From: Hyaloraphidium curvatum SAG 235-1
Lineage: Eukaryota > Fungi > Monoblepharomycota
NCBI GenBank assembly: GCA_025558095.1
Contig: JAIVFI010000041.1
Location: forward strand, 372,001 to 436,000
Length of the DNA stretch: 64,000 nt
Direction of reading: 5' to 3'
Part shown: positions 22,507-33,016 of the stretch, one piece after another
How the letters are laid out: every line of letters begins with the position of its first letter
Position numbering within the stretch: position 1 is the stretch's first letter
Made by a program: the position numbers and the translations under genes
Notes under the pieces: model-generated
What the model saw: the letters and a program-made list of their open reading frames with translations, nothing else
Told to the model about the DNA's origin: nothing
The model's database searches: none

Positions 22507-25500
22507 TCACGGTGTAAGGGTCTGCACGAGAACACAGATCACGCACGACGCTCCGCGAAACTCAGCCGAGGGCGCACCTCGAGGGCGTCGGGGGCAATTC
22601 TGAGGGTCGCCGTGGCCTGCTCTCCAGGGCCCGTTCCGGTAGCGGCAGTTATGATTAATGCGAATGTGGATCCAGAAATCCCGTCGGTGGTGCTGGTGGA
22701 TGGCCCAGCCTCGGTCGTTTCGGTCGACCCCTCAGAGGTCTGGAAGGCAACGGTGACGATCGTCGCGGTCGTGAGCTCGGTGGTCGTCAGAGGCACGAAC
22801 TCCGAGGTTGACGAAGTTATCGTGGGCTCCGTCATCTGGTGCCGGGGTCGAAGGCAGCCAAAGTCAGATCCAGCGCGTCCGAGCTGAGGCAAACCCACGG
22901 TCCAGCTCGGCGGCAGAACGCTCCGTTCGGTGGTCGACGCGGTGCTTGTCGCGAACGTCCAGAAGGGGGACGTGCTGGTCGAAGTCTCGGCGGTGCTCGC
23001 AATCCCGGCTCCGAAAGTCGTGGAGAACACCGTGGTCGAGGTCTAGAAGGAAGTCGCGTCAGCGATCGCCCTCCCGGAACTGAAATGCCAAGGCACCCAC
23101 GGTCGACAGTGAGGGCTCGGAGGTGGTCACGGGCTCGGTCGTCGTGCTCCGCTCCTGCGAGGCGGTCGAGGCGCTAGTCAGGCTGGTGATCGGGGCCTTG
23201 GTTGTGGTCGTGTGCGGCGCTGCTTCCGAGGTCGTGGCGGGCGGCCGGTCGGTCTGCCAGGAGTCTATGGTCAGCAAAAGGCATGCTGCTTTCTCCAGCA
23301 CGATCTCACCGTCTCCGTGCTCGTTGCCGCGGTCGTGGACGCTAGCGCCTGCGTTTCCGTCGTGACGGCGGCGATCTCGGAAGTGGTGGCGAAGGTGAGG
23401 GCCGTCGTGGTCACCCCGGGCTCCAATGTCGACATCGAAGTCACGGGAAGCTCGGCCTGTGGAGGAGACATACAGAGCGCGAGCGCGACCGTCGATACAG
23501 TGGACCCACGGTCGAGATCTGCTCCTCGGTGGTGGCAGCCTGCGTCGTGCTCGCCTCAGGCGCGGTGATCGAAAGCGTCGGGATCGCGACGGTGCTGATG
23601 TCGAGGGTGGTGCTGCCGATGCCGGGTGCCGAGGTCGTGATCGCGGAAGTCGAGGTCTGAAAAGATCACGATCAGCCACGATACCGCGAACCCGGACACC
23701 GGATGCCCACAATCGGCGCTCTAGACTCCTCCGTGGTCGCCACATCCGTTGAGGGCACGATCGCGATGCTGCGCGTCGGGATCGGGGTCTCGATTGGGAG
23801 CGTCGCGCTCGGCGCCTCGGAGGTGGTCTCGGGCATGGTCAGGGTCGCAAAGGTGGGGATCTGGAAGGGTGACTACATCAGAAGTAGGCCGATATGAAGT
23901 TCCAGAGACACCCACAATAGATGCAGAAGGCTCCGAAATAGTGCCGACCTCCGTCGGGATCGAATCCGTGCTGACGCCCGCCGACAACGACGTCGTGATC
24001 ACCGCGCTGGAGGGGAAAGATTCCGAGCTGATCGTGCCACTGGCCTGGATGGTTGAGCTTGTCTCGATCGCGATGTCCGAAGTCGGGGTCAACGTGGCCG
24101 CGGGCGGGCTCTGCGGCAAGAAGAGCAGATCAAAGATGTCAGCGAGGGCAGCGCCGGGGGATCCGGGGGATCTCGGCGCGGCACGGGGCGACGTGCGCTC
24201 GGGGGGTCTGGAGTGGCTCGCGTCGGGAACGTCTGATTGTACCGACCAACGGTGGGTAGTCTATTCGAGGGACAGGCATCCTTATATCCTGCTTTGCCAC
24301 TGTGCGTCCTGCTCCGCCACGATGACGTCCCAATGACTCCTGAGTGTACCCGGTTCCCAACCCATCCCAGCAATCGGAGCAAGGGCGTATCCGTAACACC
24401 CCCCCTCGGCCGCAGCTCCGTCAAAGCTTGAGACGAACAACGCCGAGTGCACGACGGGCCACATCCATGCGGGCTCCGGGGAGCGCCTTGGTGAGGATAT
24501 CGGCCGCGTTCTGCGCCGTAGGGACGTAGACCAGCTTGATCGCGTCGCGCTCGATCGCGTCGCGAAGGAAGAAGGACTTGATCGCCACGTGCTTGGTCGA
24601 GTCCTTCGAGGTAGGGGCCGCGGCCAGCGCGATCGCGCCGCGGTTGTCGCAGTAGATCACGGTGGGCTCCGTGACGGGCATGCCGATGGTGTCCAACTTG
24701 TTCCGCCACGACAGGCCCTCCTTCGCCGCCATCACCACCCCGTGCAGCTCCGCCTCCGTCGAGCTCAGCGCGACCGTCTGCATCTTGCGCGAGATCCAGC
24801 TGATGGCTGCTCCGTTGTTGAAGAAGGCCAGGCCCGTCACCGACTTCCTGTCGTTGACGTCCGAGGCCCAGTCGGCGTCGGAGTACCCGTAGATCTGCCC
24901 CTTCCCTTGCGTGTACTTGATGCCGAAGTCGACCGTGCCGGCAAGGTAGCGCAGCAGCCGCTTGAGTGCTGCCCAGTGCTCCTGCCCGGGGTTGGTCATG
25001 AACGCAGCCAGGTTGTGTACCGTGGAGACGATATCGGGGCGCGTCCCCTCCGCGAGGTACATGGCGAGCCCGACGCCCCTGGCGTACGGCTTATCGGCCA
25101 TCGCGGCGCGCGCCTCCGGGGTCTGGGGGCACATGTCGAACGTGAGCACGCCCGAGTCCATGGGCGAGTTGACGGGCCGACAGTCCGTCATCCCGAACTC
25201 CTCGAGCAGGTTGCGCGTGTATGTCGACTGGTCGATCGACGCCCACCCGTCCCCGCGGCGGATCCGCATCCCGACGATGAACTCGGGTTCGCCCTTGTCG
25301 GTGATGGTGAAGATCGACTTGAACTGGTTCTTCGCCTCGTCGAGGTACGCCCTGTCATTCGAGACCCAGAGCACGTCGTCGACGTAGATGGCTGCGAGGA
25401 TCCACTTCCCGTCATCCGAATGACGGAAGTAGAGACAAGGATCTGCCGGCGAGTTCTCGAAGCCCATGCCCTGGAGGGTTCTGGCGGCCTCCTTCCTCGT

Positions 25501-28500
25501 CCTCAGCATGGCCTCCTCCTCCTGAGTCCCGTCGCCGCGCAGGGTGGCGTCCAGCTTGCGGTTCCACTCGTAGCCTGCCTGCCGGAGCCCGTAGAGCGGC
25601 CGAAGGAGGCGGAGCACGCCCCCCCTACCCGCAGCAGCCAAGAGCTCCTCGGTTTTGGCTTTCGTCGCGGCGTCAAGGTCGGGCTCCTTCAACACGAGCT
25701 CCAGGACCTGTGCGTAGCCTTCCGGCTCCCGCATGAACAGCAGTTCCTTCAGTTCGCCGAAGAGGTACGCCAGCTTCACGTCAGTGTGAGCGGCGTGGAG
25801 ACTGGGATCGGCGAGGAGGGAAATGAGGAAGCGGATGGTGCTGAGCTTGGCCGTCGGAGCGAAGACCTCCTTGAAGTCGATGCCCTCCTTCTGCGTGAAG
25901 CCCTGCGCCACCAGCCGCGCCTTCTTCTTCTCCTCCGAGCCGTCCGAGTTGTACTTGGTCTTATTGGCCCATTTGCAGCCAATCGCGCGGCGTCCGGGCG
26001 GCAGCGTCGCCGCCTCGATGGTGTCGCGCTCAATGATGCCCCGGAGCTCGGCCACGAAAGCCTTCAGCCATGCCTCCCGGTGCGGGCCGGCCAGGGCTTC
26101 CTTGAAGGTGGGTTCCGGGTTCCCGATCTCGTCGACGTTCGCCACTCCGGCGAGCTCGACCGCGCGCTGCGCGGCGGAGGAGAGGAGGGCCGCCAGCCCG
26201 AGGTGGCTGGCCGCGAGGTGATCGTCCGGATCCACGTCTCCGTCCTCGTCGTCCTCCTTGATCGCCGAATGCTGGCGGTGAAGCTCCTCCCACTCGTCAA
26301 GCATGGATGATCCGTCGTTGATACGGCGCTGTCCGGCGCCGGCGCGGATGGAACGACGTGTTCCCCCCCTCGCCTCCTGGGGGTGGTCGTCTTGCGCCCC
26401 AGCATCCTGCCGATCATCCCCCCCCGACCCCGAGGATTGCGCCCCAGCGGCGTCCGCGGGCGGAGAGGAGGGGGTCTCGTTGGCAGGGGCCGGGTTGTTG
26501 TCGCCGAAGACGACGCGCGGGCGCAGCGCCGGGTGCCCCTGCGTCGGCAGCGCGGGGAGGCGTACCGGCGGGATCACGCCCTCGTCGAAGACAGCAGTCT
26601 GGAAGTCCTTGTACGCCCCCGTCTTCGGGTCCGCAATCCGGAAGCCCTTCGTCCCCGGGGGAAAACCAACGAAGACGCCGGCGAAGCCGTGGGGGTCGAG
26701 CTTGTGCGGGAGCGTGCTGACCGGGATCCGCCCGACGGCGGGGCAGCCGAAGGCGGGGAGCTTGCCAAGCTTCGGCTTCTGGCCGTAGCGGGCTTCGTAG
26801 GGGGAGATGCCGCCGAGCGCGGCGTGGGGGGAGCGGTTTCCGAGCCAGTTGGCGTGGCGAACGGCGTGCGGCCAGAGGCGCTTCGGCAAGTTCGCATCCG
26901 TGAGCATGGTAAGCGCGCACTCCACGATGGTGCGGTTGTAGCGCTCGGCGATGCCATTCTGTGCCGAGGTGTTCGGTGCGGGAGTCTCCAGGCGTGCCCC
27001 CTTGTCCTCCAGATAGCGTCCCAGCTCCTCGTACTCACCGCCGCGATCGACGCGCGCAGCCTTGAGATTCCGCTCGCTTTCCGTCGCCCACTGCTTCGTC
27101 ATCTTCTCGAAAGCCTTCGATGCGCCCGCCTTGCTGTAGTGCGTGATCAGATCCGCCCAGCGCGTGGCGTCGTCGATCGCCGTCGTGAAAACCTTGGAAC
27201 GATCGTGTCCCTCAACGCTCATGTCGCAGACATCCGAATGCACGAGATCCAAGAAGTCCCGCTCCTGTTTCTCCGCCGGCGGCATCGGCGCCTGCGTCAG
27301 TTTCCCTTGTGCGCAAGCGTAGCAGAAGCCGAGTTGCTGGCGGGTCCAGCCCGACGTGTCGACGTCAGCGAGGCCGTTCTTCCGCGCGATGTCATGCATC
27401 CGGCCCTGGCTCATGTGCCCTAGACGGCGGTGCCACAGCTGGAATTCCTCGTGCTCGTCGAGCTTGACTGCGGGCAAAGCCTCCCCGGCCTCTGCCGAGG
27501 GTTTCGCGATGTAAGCCAGGATGGCGAACGACTTGCCGGGGGTTGAAAAGACAGCGCGCGGCTTCTTGTCGTCCTCGCGGCGGTAGATCTCACAGTACGT
27601 GTGCTTGAAGGTGATCTTCTGGCCCTTCCTCGTCGCAAACTTGATGCTGAGTAGGTTGTACGCCAACTCGGGGACCACGAGGGTGTCGGGGAGCAGGCAC
27701 GGAACCCATCCGTCCTTCGATCTCGCCCAGATCACTGCGTCGCCGATCGCCGTGGCGGCAACCTGCGTCTTGTTGCCGAGGAAGACCTTCGATTCGATGG
27801 GGCGCAGCGTTCCAGGCACGAAGCAATCCGTCCTGGGGGTCATGTGCGCCGTCGCTCCCGAATCGAGCTTCCAAACGTGCGCTCCGTTCCGAGAACTCTC
27901 CTCGAGATCGTCGGCCACGAGCGCGGTGTTGTCGGCCGTACCAGCCTCAGTAGGCGGCGCCCCTGCCGTCGGGCCCTCGCGCTTCGCCGCCTCCTCGGCG
28001 GGGAAACCCTGCTTGGGCACGATCGGGGCTCGTCCCGTCTTCACCTTCCCGCGCACGATCTCGGTCTCGTCCTCCGAGTCCGAGTCGATGTCCTCCAGAG
28101 GCGGCATCTCATTGTCCGCGACGGGGGCCGGGGAGGGGGTACTCTGGGCGCCATTGTCGGTCGACGCGGTCGATTCCCGTCCAACCGACGCGTCCGAATC
28201 GTACAGGTGCTCATCGTCGGAGCTCCAGTTCTTGGCGTCGGAGGAATCAAGCGCGTCCTGAACCACGAACATGTCGGCCAGGGGATCGGCGTGAGCGGCG
28301 AGGAGCTCTTCCAGCTCGTCGTCATCGCCGGCGTCGTGCACGGCGATCAGGGAGAGTTGCTCTTCGTCGCTGCCACCGCCGGGCTGCGGAGGGGAGGGGC
28401 AGTTCTTCTTGATGTGCCCTGCGCCGCCGCAGTTGTAGCAGCGGACGGCGGCGGCGGGGCCCTGCCGCGGCGGCTTGCCGACGGTAGCCTTGCCCTTGTC

Positions 28501-31053
28501 GCCGTTCGCGGTCTGCTTCGGGGTTCCAGCGCCCTTGCCAGCTCCGTCGTTCTTGCGAGACGAAAGCTGCCGCTGGAGGGTGGTGACGAGCGCCTGGAGC
28601 TCGTCGTCCTTGAGATTCTTCGCATCCACGTCGCCGGTCGTCAGCTTCGCTGCTTCCTTCTTGGCGGCGGTGCCCGCGGGGGCCGGTCCAGCCTCAACGC
28701 GCGGGCGATCGCCTTGGGAAGCCTCCTCGTGACGGATGGCGAGCACAGCCCGGTCCATGGTGACCGGGATGCCTTGCGCGGCCGAAGTGCGGAGCATCTT
28801 GACCACCACGTCGTACTTCTTCTCCATCCCGCGCAGGAACAGCCTCAACTGCTCGTGATCGGGGCCGTAGCCGGGGTTGATGAGGCGCAGCGACTCGGCG
28901 CTTTCGCGGATCCGATCGGCGAAAACCTCGATGCCCTCCCGCGGCTTCGGGGTCATGTTGGCGAAGTCCTGTAGCCAGATGTTCGCGTATTGCTGCGCCG
29001 TTGTGATGGCGTCCGCGGTGACGGCGTTGAACACCGCCTCGCATGCCATCATCCCGTCAAGGCGCATACGGATCGCATGGGTGTTGTCGACCGAGCGCCG
29101 GGCGATGCCCAGCGCCTTGCTGACGACTTTCTCGCGCTTCTCGAGCCTCAAGTCGAAAGACTCCCAGGCCTTCTGGATGGCGCTGATCTCGTTGGTCGAC
29201 GACAGCCTTATCGACATGCCTTCGCGCTCATCAGGGCTGATCACCGTAAACGTCTCCACGTTCATCACTTCGCGGTACGCTCGGATCATCTGCGGGGTGG
29301 CGACGGCGATATCGACGCCGTCGCCTGCGGCGAGCTCCCGCAGGGCTTCGAGCCAGGTGTCCCGCATGTACGCGGGCTCGCGGGTGTAATCAGGCATGTT
29401 GAGCACGTATAGTCCCGGCCTCTCGAGCGGGGTTGGGATCGGAGCGGGCGTCCGCCGGTGGGCGTCAGCGACTTCGTTCACGCTCAGCGCATTGGTGAGG
29501 CTGCGGAGCCAGGCAGGATAGTTCTTGCCGTCGTAACGGGCTCCGGTGTACGTGAAGGTGGTCGCCGATGCCATGATGATGCGGGGGGCGAGCTTCGATG
29601 CGGGGCGCGGAAACTGCGGGTTGCGCGCTCGAGCGGGCAGGCGGTTCTCTCACGGGGAACTCGGCCGGACCGGTTGGAAGGGGCTCCGAAGACGCTTCGG
29701 AGCCGAGTGAGTTCGAGTCAGACGACCAGTCGTCGAGCCGTGGGCTTGGGCTCGTGACCTGTCAGCGAGGGCAGCGCCGGGGGATCCGGGGGATCTCGGC
29801 GCGGCACGGGGCGACGTGCGCTCGGGGGGTCTGGAGTGGCTCGCGTCGGGAACGTCTGATTGTACCGACCAACGGTGGGTAGTCTATTCGAGGGACAGGC
29901 ATCCTTATATCCTGCTTTGCCACTGTGCGTCCTGCTCCGCCACGATGACGTCCCAATGACTCCTGAGTGTACCCGGTTCCCAACCCATCCCAGCAATCGG
30001 AGCAAGGGCGTATCCGTAACAAAAGATCGGTCGACACACGGAGGCAGTCCGAAATCACCGTCGGCGCAGGAGTCTGCTCGATGCTCGTGGTCTCTGTGGT
30101 CTCCGACGGCTCCAGCAAGGTCACTGCGGTGGCCTGCGAGGTGGCCGGAGGCGCTTCCGGTGCGGTCTCAGTCTCCAAAGTGCCGGTGGGCTTGGGCTTG
30201 ACGACCATGGTCTGCAGAGCGGTCAATGAGCTGAAAGTTTCCAGCATCCAAAGGATATAGAGCTCACCTGCGTGGTGGTCGACGGGACGGAAGTGGTTTC
30301 AGAAGGAGTCGTGAAGGAAATGCCAGGCGAGTCGGTCGAGGTCGAGATCTCGGTGGGGCAGACGGACACGACGGTTACAAAGTGCGAGAAGACGACGGTG
30401 CTGAAGTTGAACGTGATGGTCGCCGGGCAGGGGTCGAGCTGCGAGGAGAGGTGGTCAGGGCGTGCGAATGCAGGGCGGGCTGCGAGATCGCGCACCGTGC
30501 TGGGTTCGACGGTCCAAAGCGAGGTGATCGAGGGCTCGACGGTGCTCTGCGAAGCAAAAGGAGGTAAGAAATGCCGAGATAATGGAAAGATCGGAGCAAG
30601 GAAGGCGATAGAAAGGGCATCAGTGACGTTGGTCCCGCGCTGCCCAGCAGAGTGAGAACGCCGACCTTCGTGGCGCCACTGGGCTCCCCAGTCGTCGTGC
30701 TAGGCGCAGTAGTGGCATTGCTGAGCATCGGGAGGTACACGGTGTAGGTCCAGGTCTGCGGACAAAGGCACTTCAGAAGGGGCGCTCGCAAGTCACCGGT
30801 CGAGCTTTACCGTGAGCACAGTCTGCGTGGTCGTCGAGACAACGTGGGGCTGCAACGATAAAGGGAGAATGCTGAGCACACGTCCGCGCGTGCTGCTTCT
30901 GGGCCGTCTTCGCACCGCTTCGGTCCAGAAGTTGCGGCGGCAGAAGGCGCGCGCGGCGGCGTCGTTCGGCAGCGCGGACGCGCGCGGGACCGCGGCGAGC
31001 GCGAAGACGGTCACAAGGAGCGCGGCACTGGCGGCAGAGGCGACGCGGGCCAT
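22507..31053 (-). CDS. Secreted Thr/Ser-rich micro-exon protein, copy 2 (long mucin-like form; Copia inserted in one intron)
   Basis: Same signal and LPNDAAARAFCRRNFWT, PHVVSTTTQT and TWTYTVYLP exons; Thr/Ser-rich exons continue 24110-22507. Confidence 0.7.
24137..24398 (-). repeat. Copia 3' LTR
   Basis: Identical by eye to 29760-30021. Confidence 0.97.
24421..29574 (-). CDS. Copia Gag-Pol polyprotein (1717 aa)
   Basis: CYNCGGAGHIKKNC; LDSGATAHM; WHRRLGH..CYAC; HSDVC/DRGGEY/NGIAER integrase; IYVDD RT; YSDADW RNase H. Confidence 0.98.
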   Translation of the reverse strand: MASATTFTYTGARYDGKNYPAWLRSLTNALSVNEVADAHRRTPAPIPTPLERPGLYVLNMPDYTREPAYMRDTWLEALRELAAGDGVDIAVATPQMIRAYREVMNVETFTVISPDEREGMSIRLSSTNEISAIQKAWESFDLRLEKREKVVSKALGIARRSVDNTHAIRMRLDGMMACEAVFNAVTADAITTAQQYANIWLQDFANMTPKPREGIEVFADRIRESAESLRLINPGYGPDHEQLRLFLRGMEKKYDVVVKMLRTSAAQGIPVTMDRAVLAIRHEEASQGDRPRVEAGPAPAGTAAKKEAAKLTTGDVDAKNLKDDELQALVTTLQRQLSSRKNDGAGKGAGTPKQTANGDKGKATVGKPPRQGPAAAVRCYNCGGAGHIKKNCPSPPQPGGGSDEEQLSLIAVHDAGDDDELEELLAAHADPLADMFVVQDALDSSDAKNWSSDDEHLYDSDASVGRESTASTDNGAQSTPSPAPVADNEMPPLEDIDSDSEDETEIVRGKVKTGRAPIVPKQGFPAEEAAKREGPTAGAPPTEAGTADNTALVADDLEESSRNGAHVWKLDSGATAHMTPRTDCFVPGTLRPIESKVFLGNKTQVAATAIGDAVIWARSKDGWVPCLLPDTLVVPELAYNLLSIKFATRKGQKITFKHTYCEIYRREDDKKPRAVFSTPGKSFAILAYIAKPSAEAGEALPAVKLDEHEEFQLWHRRLGHMSQGRMHDIARKNGLADVDTSGWTRQQLGFCYACAQGKLTQAPMPPAEKQERDFLDLVHSDVCDMSVEGHDRSKVFTTAIDDATRWADLITHYSKAGASKAFEKMTKQWATESERNLKAARVDRGGEYEELGRYLEDKGARLETPAPNTSAQNGIAERYNRTIVECALTMLTDANLPKRLWPHAVRHANWLGNRSPHAALGGISPYEARYGQKPKLGKLPAFGCPAVGRIPVSTLPHKLDPHGFAGVFVGFPPGTKGFRIADPKTGAYKDFQTAVFDEGVIPPVRLPALPTQGHPALRPRVVFGDNNPAPANETPSSPPADAAGAQSSGSGGDDRQDAGAQDDHPQEARGGTRRSIRAGAGQRRINDGSSMLDEWEELHRQHSAIKEDDEDGDVDPDDHLAASHLGLAALLSSAAQRAVELAGVANVDEIGNPEPTFKEALAGPHREAWLKAFVAELRGIIERDTIEAATLPPGRRAIGCKWANKTKYNSDGSEEKKKARLVAQGFTQKEGIDFKEVFAPTAKLSTIRFLISLLADPSLHAAHTDVKLAYLFGELKELLFMREPEGYAQVLELVLKEPDLDAATKAKTEELLAAAGRGGVLRLLRPLYGLRQAGYEWNRKLDATLRGDGTQEEEAMLRTRKEAARTLQGMGFENSPADPCLYFRHSDDGKWILAAIYVDDVLWVSNDRAYLDEAKNQFKSIFTITDKGEPEFIVGMRIRRGDGWASIDQSTYTRNLLEEFGMTDCRPVNSPMDSGVLTFDMCPQTPEARAAMADKPYARGVGLAMYLAEGTRPDIVSTVHNLAAFMTNPGQEHWAALKRLLRYLAGTVDFGIKYTQGKGQIYGYSDADWASDVNDRKSVTGLAFFNNGAAISWISRKMQTVALSSTEAELHGVVMAAKEGLSWRNKLDTIGMPVTEPTVIYCDNRGAIALAAAPTSKDSTKHVAIKSFFLRDAIERDAIKLVYVPTAQNAADILTKALPGARMDVARRALGVVRLKL
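29760..30021 (-). repeat. Copia 5' LTR
   Basis: Identical by eye to 24137-24398. Confidence 0.97.
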
Positions 31054-31145
31054 GGCTGCGGGCGGGAGCGAGGTCCAGAGAGAGGGTGGAAGGGACGGCC
31101 GGCCCGACTGACCGACTGACCGACTTCTCGACCGCCACGCCAGCG

Positions 31146-31703
31146 ATGTCAATTCTCTGGCGCCGACTCGACACCGAGGGGCACGACAGCGCGCGTCTCA
31201 TTTCACTCGGAGATTCGTGGCGAATCGTCGGGACAGCCGTGTTTCTCGGCGACGGCGGGGAGCCGTGCCGGATGGACTACGAGGTCGACGCGTCTCCCAC
31301 TTTCGAAACGCGCCGCGCCGCCGTGCGAGGCTGGGTCGGGGAGACGCCCGTCGAGCACATTATCTCGGTCGACTCGGAGAGGAAGTGGACGCTGGACGGG
31401 ACCGCGGTGCCCAAGTGCGACAACTGCGTGGACGTGGACCTCTCCTTCACCCCCGCCACCAACCTGCTCCCTCTGCGCCGCCTCGCTCTCCAGCAAGACC
31501 AAAACGTTTCTGTTACGGCAGCGTGGCTGACGTTCCCCGAGTTCGGTCTGGAGACCCTCAATCAGTCGTACCTGAACCGTGGCGGGGGCAAGTTTGCGTA
31601 CGAGGCCCCGGACCTGGACTTCAAAGCAGAGCTGGCTGTGCGCGAGGACGGGTTCGTGAGCAGCTACGAGGGGCTCTGGAAGGAGGTGGTGAAGGGAGAT
31701 TGA
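31146..31703 (+). CDS. Putative glycolipid-binding (PA1994/PF06475-like) protein
   Basis: ILWRRLD..GHDSARL, DVDLSFTPATNLLPLRRL, L.Q.Y, DGFVSSYEGLW; intronless. Confidence 0.8.
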   Translation: MSILWRRLDTEGHDSARLISLGDSWRIVGTAVFLGDGGEPCRMDYEVDASPTFETRRAAVRGWVGETPVEHIISVDSERKWTLDGTAVPKCDNCVDVDLSFTPATNLLPLRRLALQQDQNVSVTAAWLTFPEFGLETLNQSYLNRGGGKFAYEAPDLDFKAELAVREDGFVSSYEGLWKEVVKGD

Positions 31704-31730
31704 CGTCTTGAACGACCCGGATTGAACAGC

Positions 31731-32796
31731 TCAGCGGTTCCACTTCTTGATGAACGCCACGGCCTCCTTGTTGACCTCCTTCGGGTGGCTCGCGCTCAGG
31801 AAGTGCTGCCCCTTCTCAACCACGATCACCTTGGCCTCGGGCGAGTTGGTGAACAGCTTGATCTCCTCCTGGGCGTTGGCGACGGAGTAGACTACGTCCG
31901 CCGTGCCGTGCATCCACAGAACGGGGCAGCGGATGTCGCCTAGGCGGAGTTGGAGGCCATCGCGCGACGAGAGGTTGATGGCTGGCAAGCGGGCGCCGGA
32001 TTAGCCAACCAAACCCAAAACACGGTGCCGAAGGACCCACCGCTGACCCAAATCCTCCTCCGCCCGTCATCGCCAGTGTAGTTCTTCGAGTAGGCATCGA
32101 TCCAGAACTTCTTAAGCTCCGGGTCCACGTCCGCGCCGAGCCCGGCCCCTGGACCGAAATCAGCGAAGCACCGCAACCCAACAGCCGGGCACCCCACCGA
32201 CGACCATCTCGCTAAAGTCCAGCGGCACCACCCAGTCGTCCCCCACGGGCTTCGAGTACGCCTCGATGACGGGCGCGCAGAACCCGACGCCGTCCCAGCA
32301 GCCGAGCTGCCTGCTCCGCTCCGACTCGTAGTCCATCGACGTGCCCAGCGGGATGATGCCCTGCACCACGTCCGGCGCCAGGAGGGCCATGCGTGCGGCG
32401 ATCCAGCCGCCCTGGGAGGTGCCGAGGACAAAGGCCTTCTTGATGCCGAGGGCCTCGAGGACCTGGAGGGCGGCGATGGCGGTATCCCAGTAGGTGAACT
32501 GGATCGTCGGGTCGGGACCGCGTCAGAAGGCGAATCGGAACGCGTGCGGGCCTGCCCACGTGAGGAACGTCGGTCCGCGTCTTCCCGTGCCCGAACGGCT
32601 CGACCGCCAGCAGGTTGGCCGTCGCCGACAGCTCGGCATCCTCGAACTGCGGGTGGTACAGGTCGCTGGACGTCGTGAACGAGTTGGCCATGACCAGCGT
32701 GGGCTTGCTGGGGTCGTAGGAGGGCATCTGGTAGCCGACCGTCGCGTTCAGGTGCGCGACCTTGACGGTCTTCACGTTGGCGTTGGGGGCGGGCAT
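31731..32796 (-). CDS. Alpha/beta hydrolase
   Basis: GHGKT, LGTSQGG nucleophile elbow, HGTAD, GQHFL; several introns. Confidence 0.85.
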
Positions 32797-33016
32797 CGCG
32801 GTGCAAAGGGCTCTCCGACGACCTCGGGAGGAGCGAGGACGCGAATGGACGCGGTCTGGTAGGAAGCTGGCCACCGGAAACGCGCGGAAAAGGATCGTTT
32901 TGTCTCCCGACGGAAGGGCCCTTGCGGCCCGATCGGATCGGCGGCATCGCGGGCGACGACTTCCCCCGATCCAACAAGAATGGCAAAGCGTCAACGATTC
33001 TCGAAGCACGTATATG

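Larger units (their letters stand above)
24137..30021 (-). mobile_element. Intact Ty1/Copia LTR retrotransposon
   Basis: Two identical 262-bp TG..CA LTRs; TSD AAAGA (24132-24136, 30022-30026); G-run PPT at 24399-24407; single gag-pol ORF. Confidence 0.98.

Noticed and set aside
24589-26310. Long + strand ORFs opposite Copia pol, and similar antisense ORFs (2531-3724, 11322-12941, 47077-48816)
   Set aside because: Shadow ORFs caused by high GC3 on the real coding strand; no motifs
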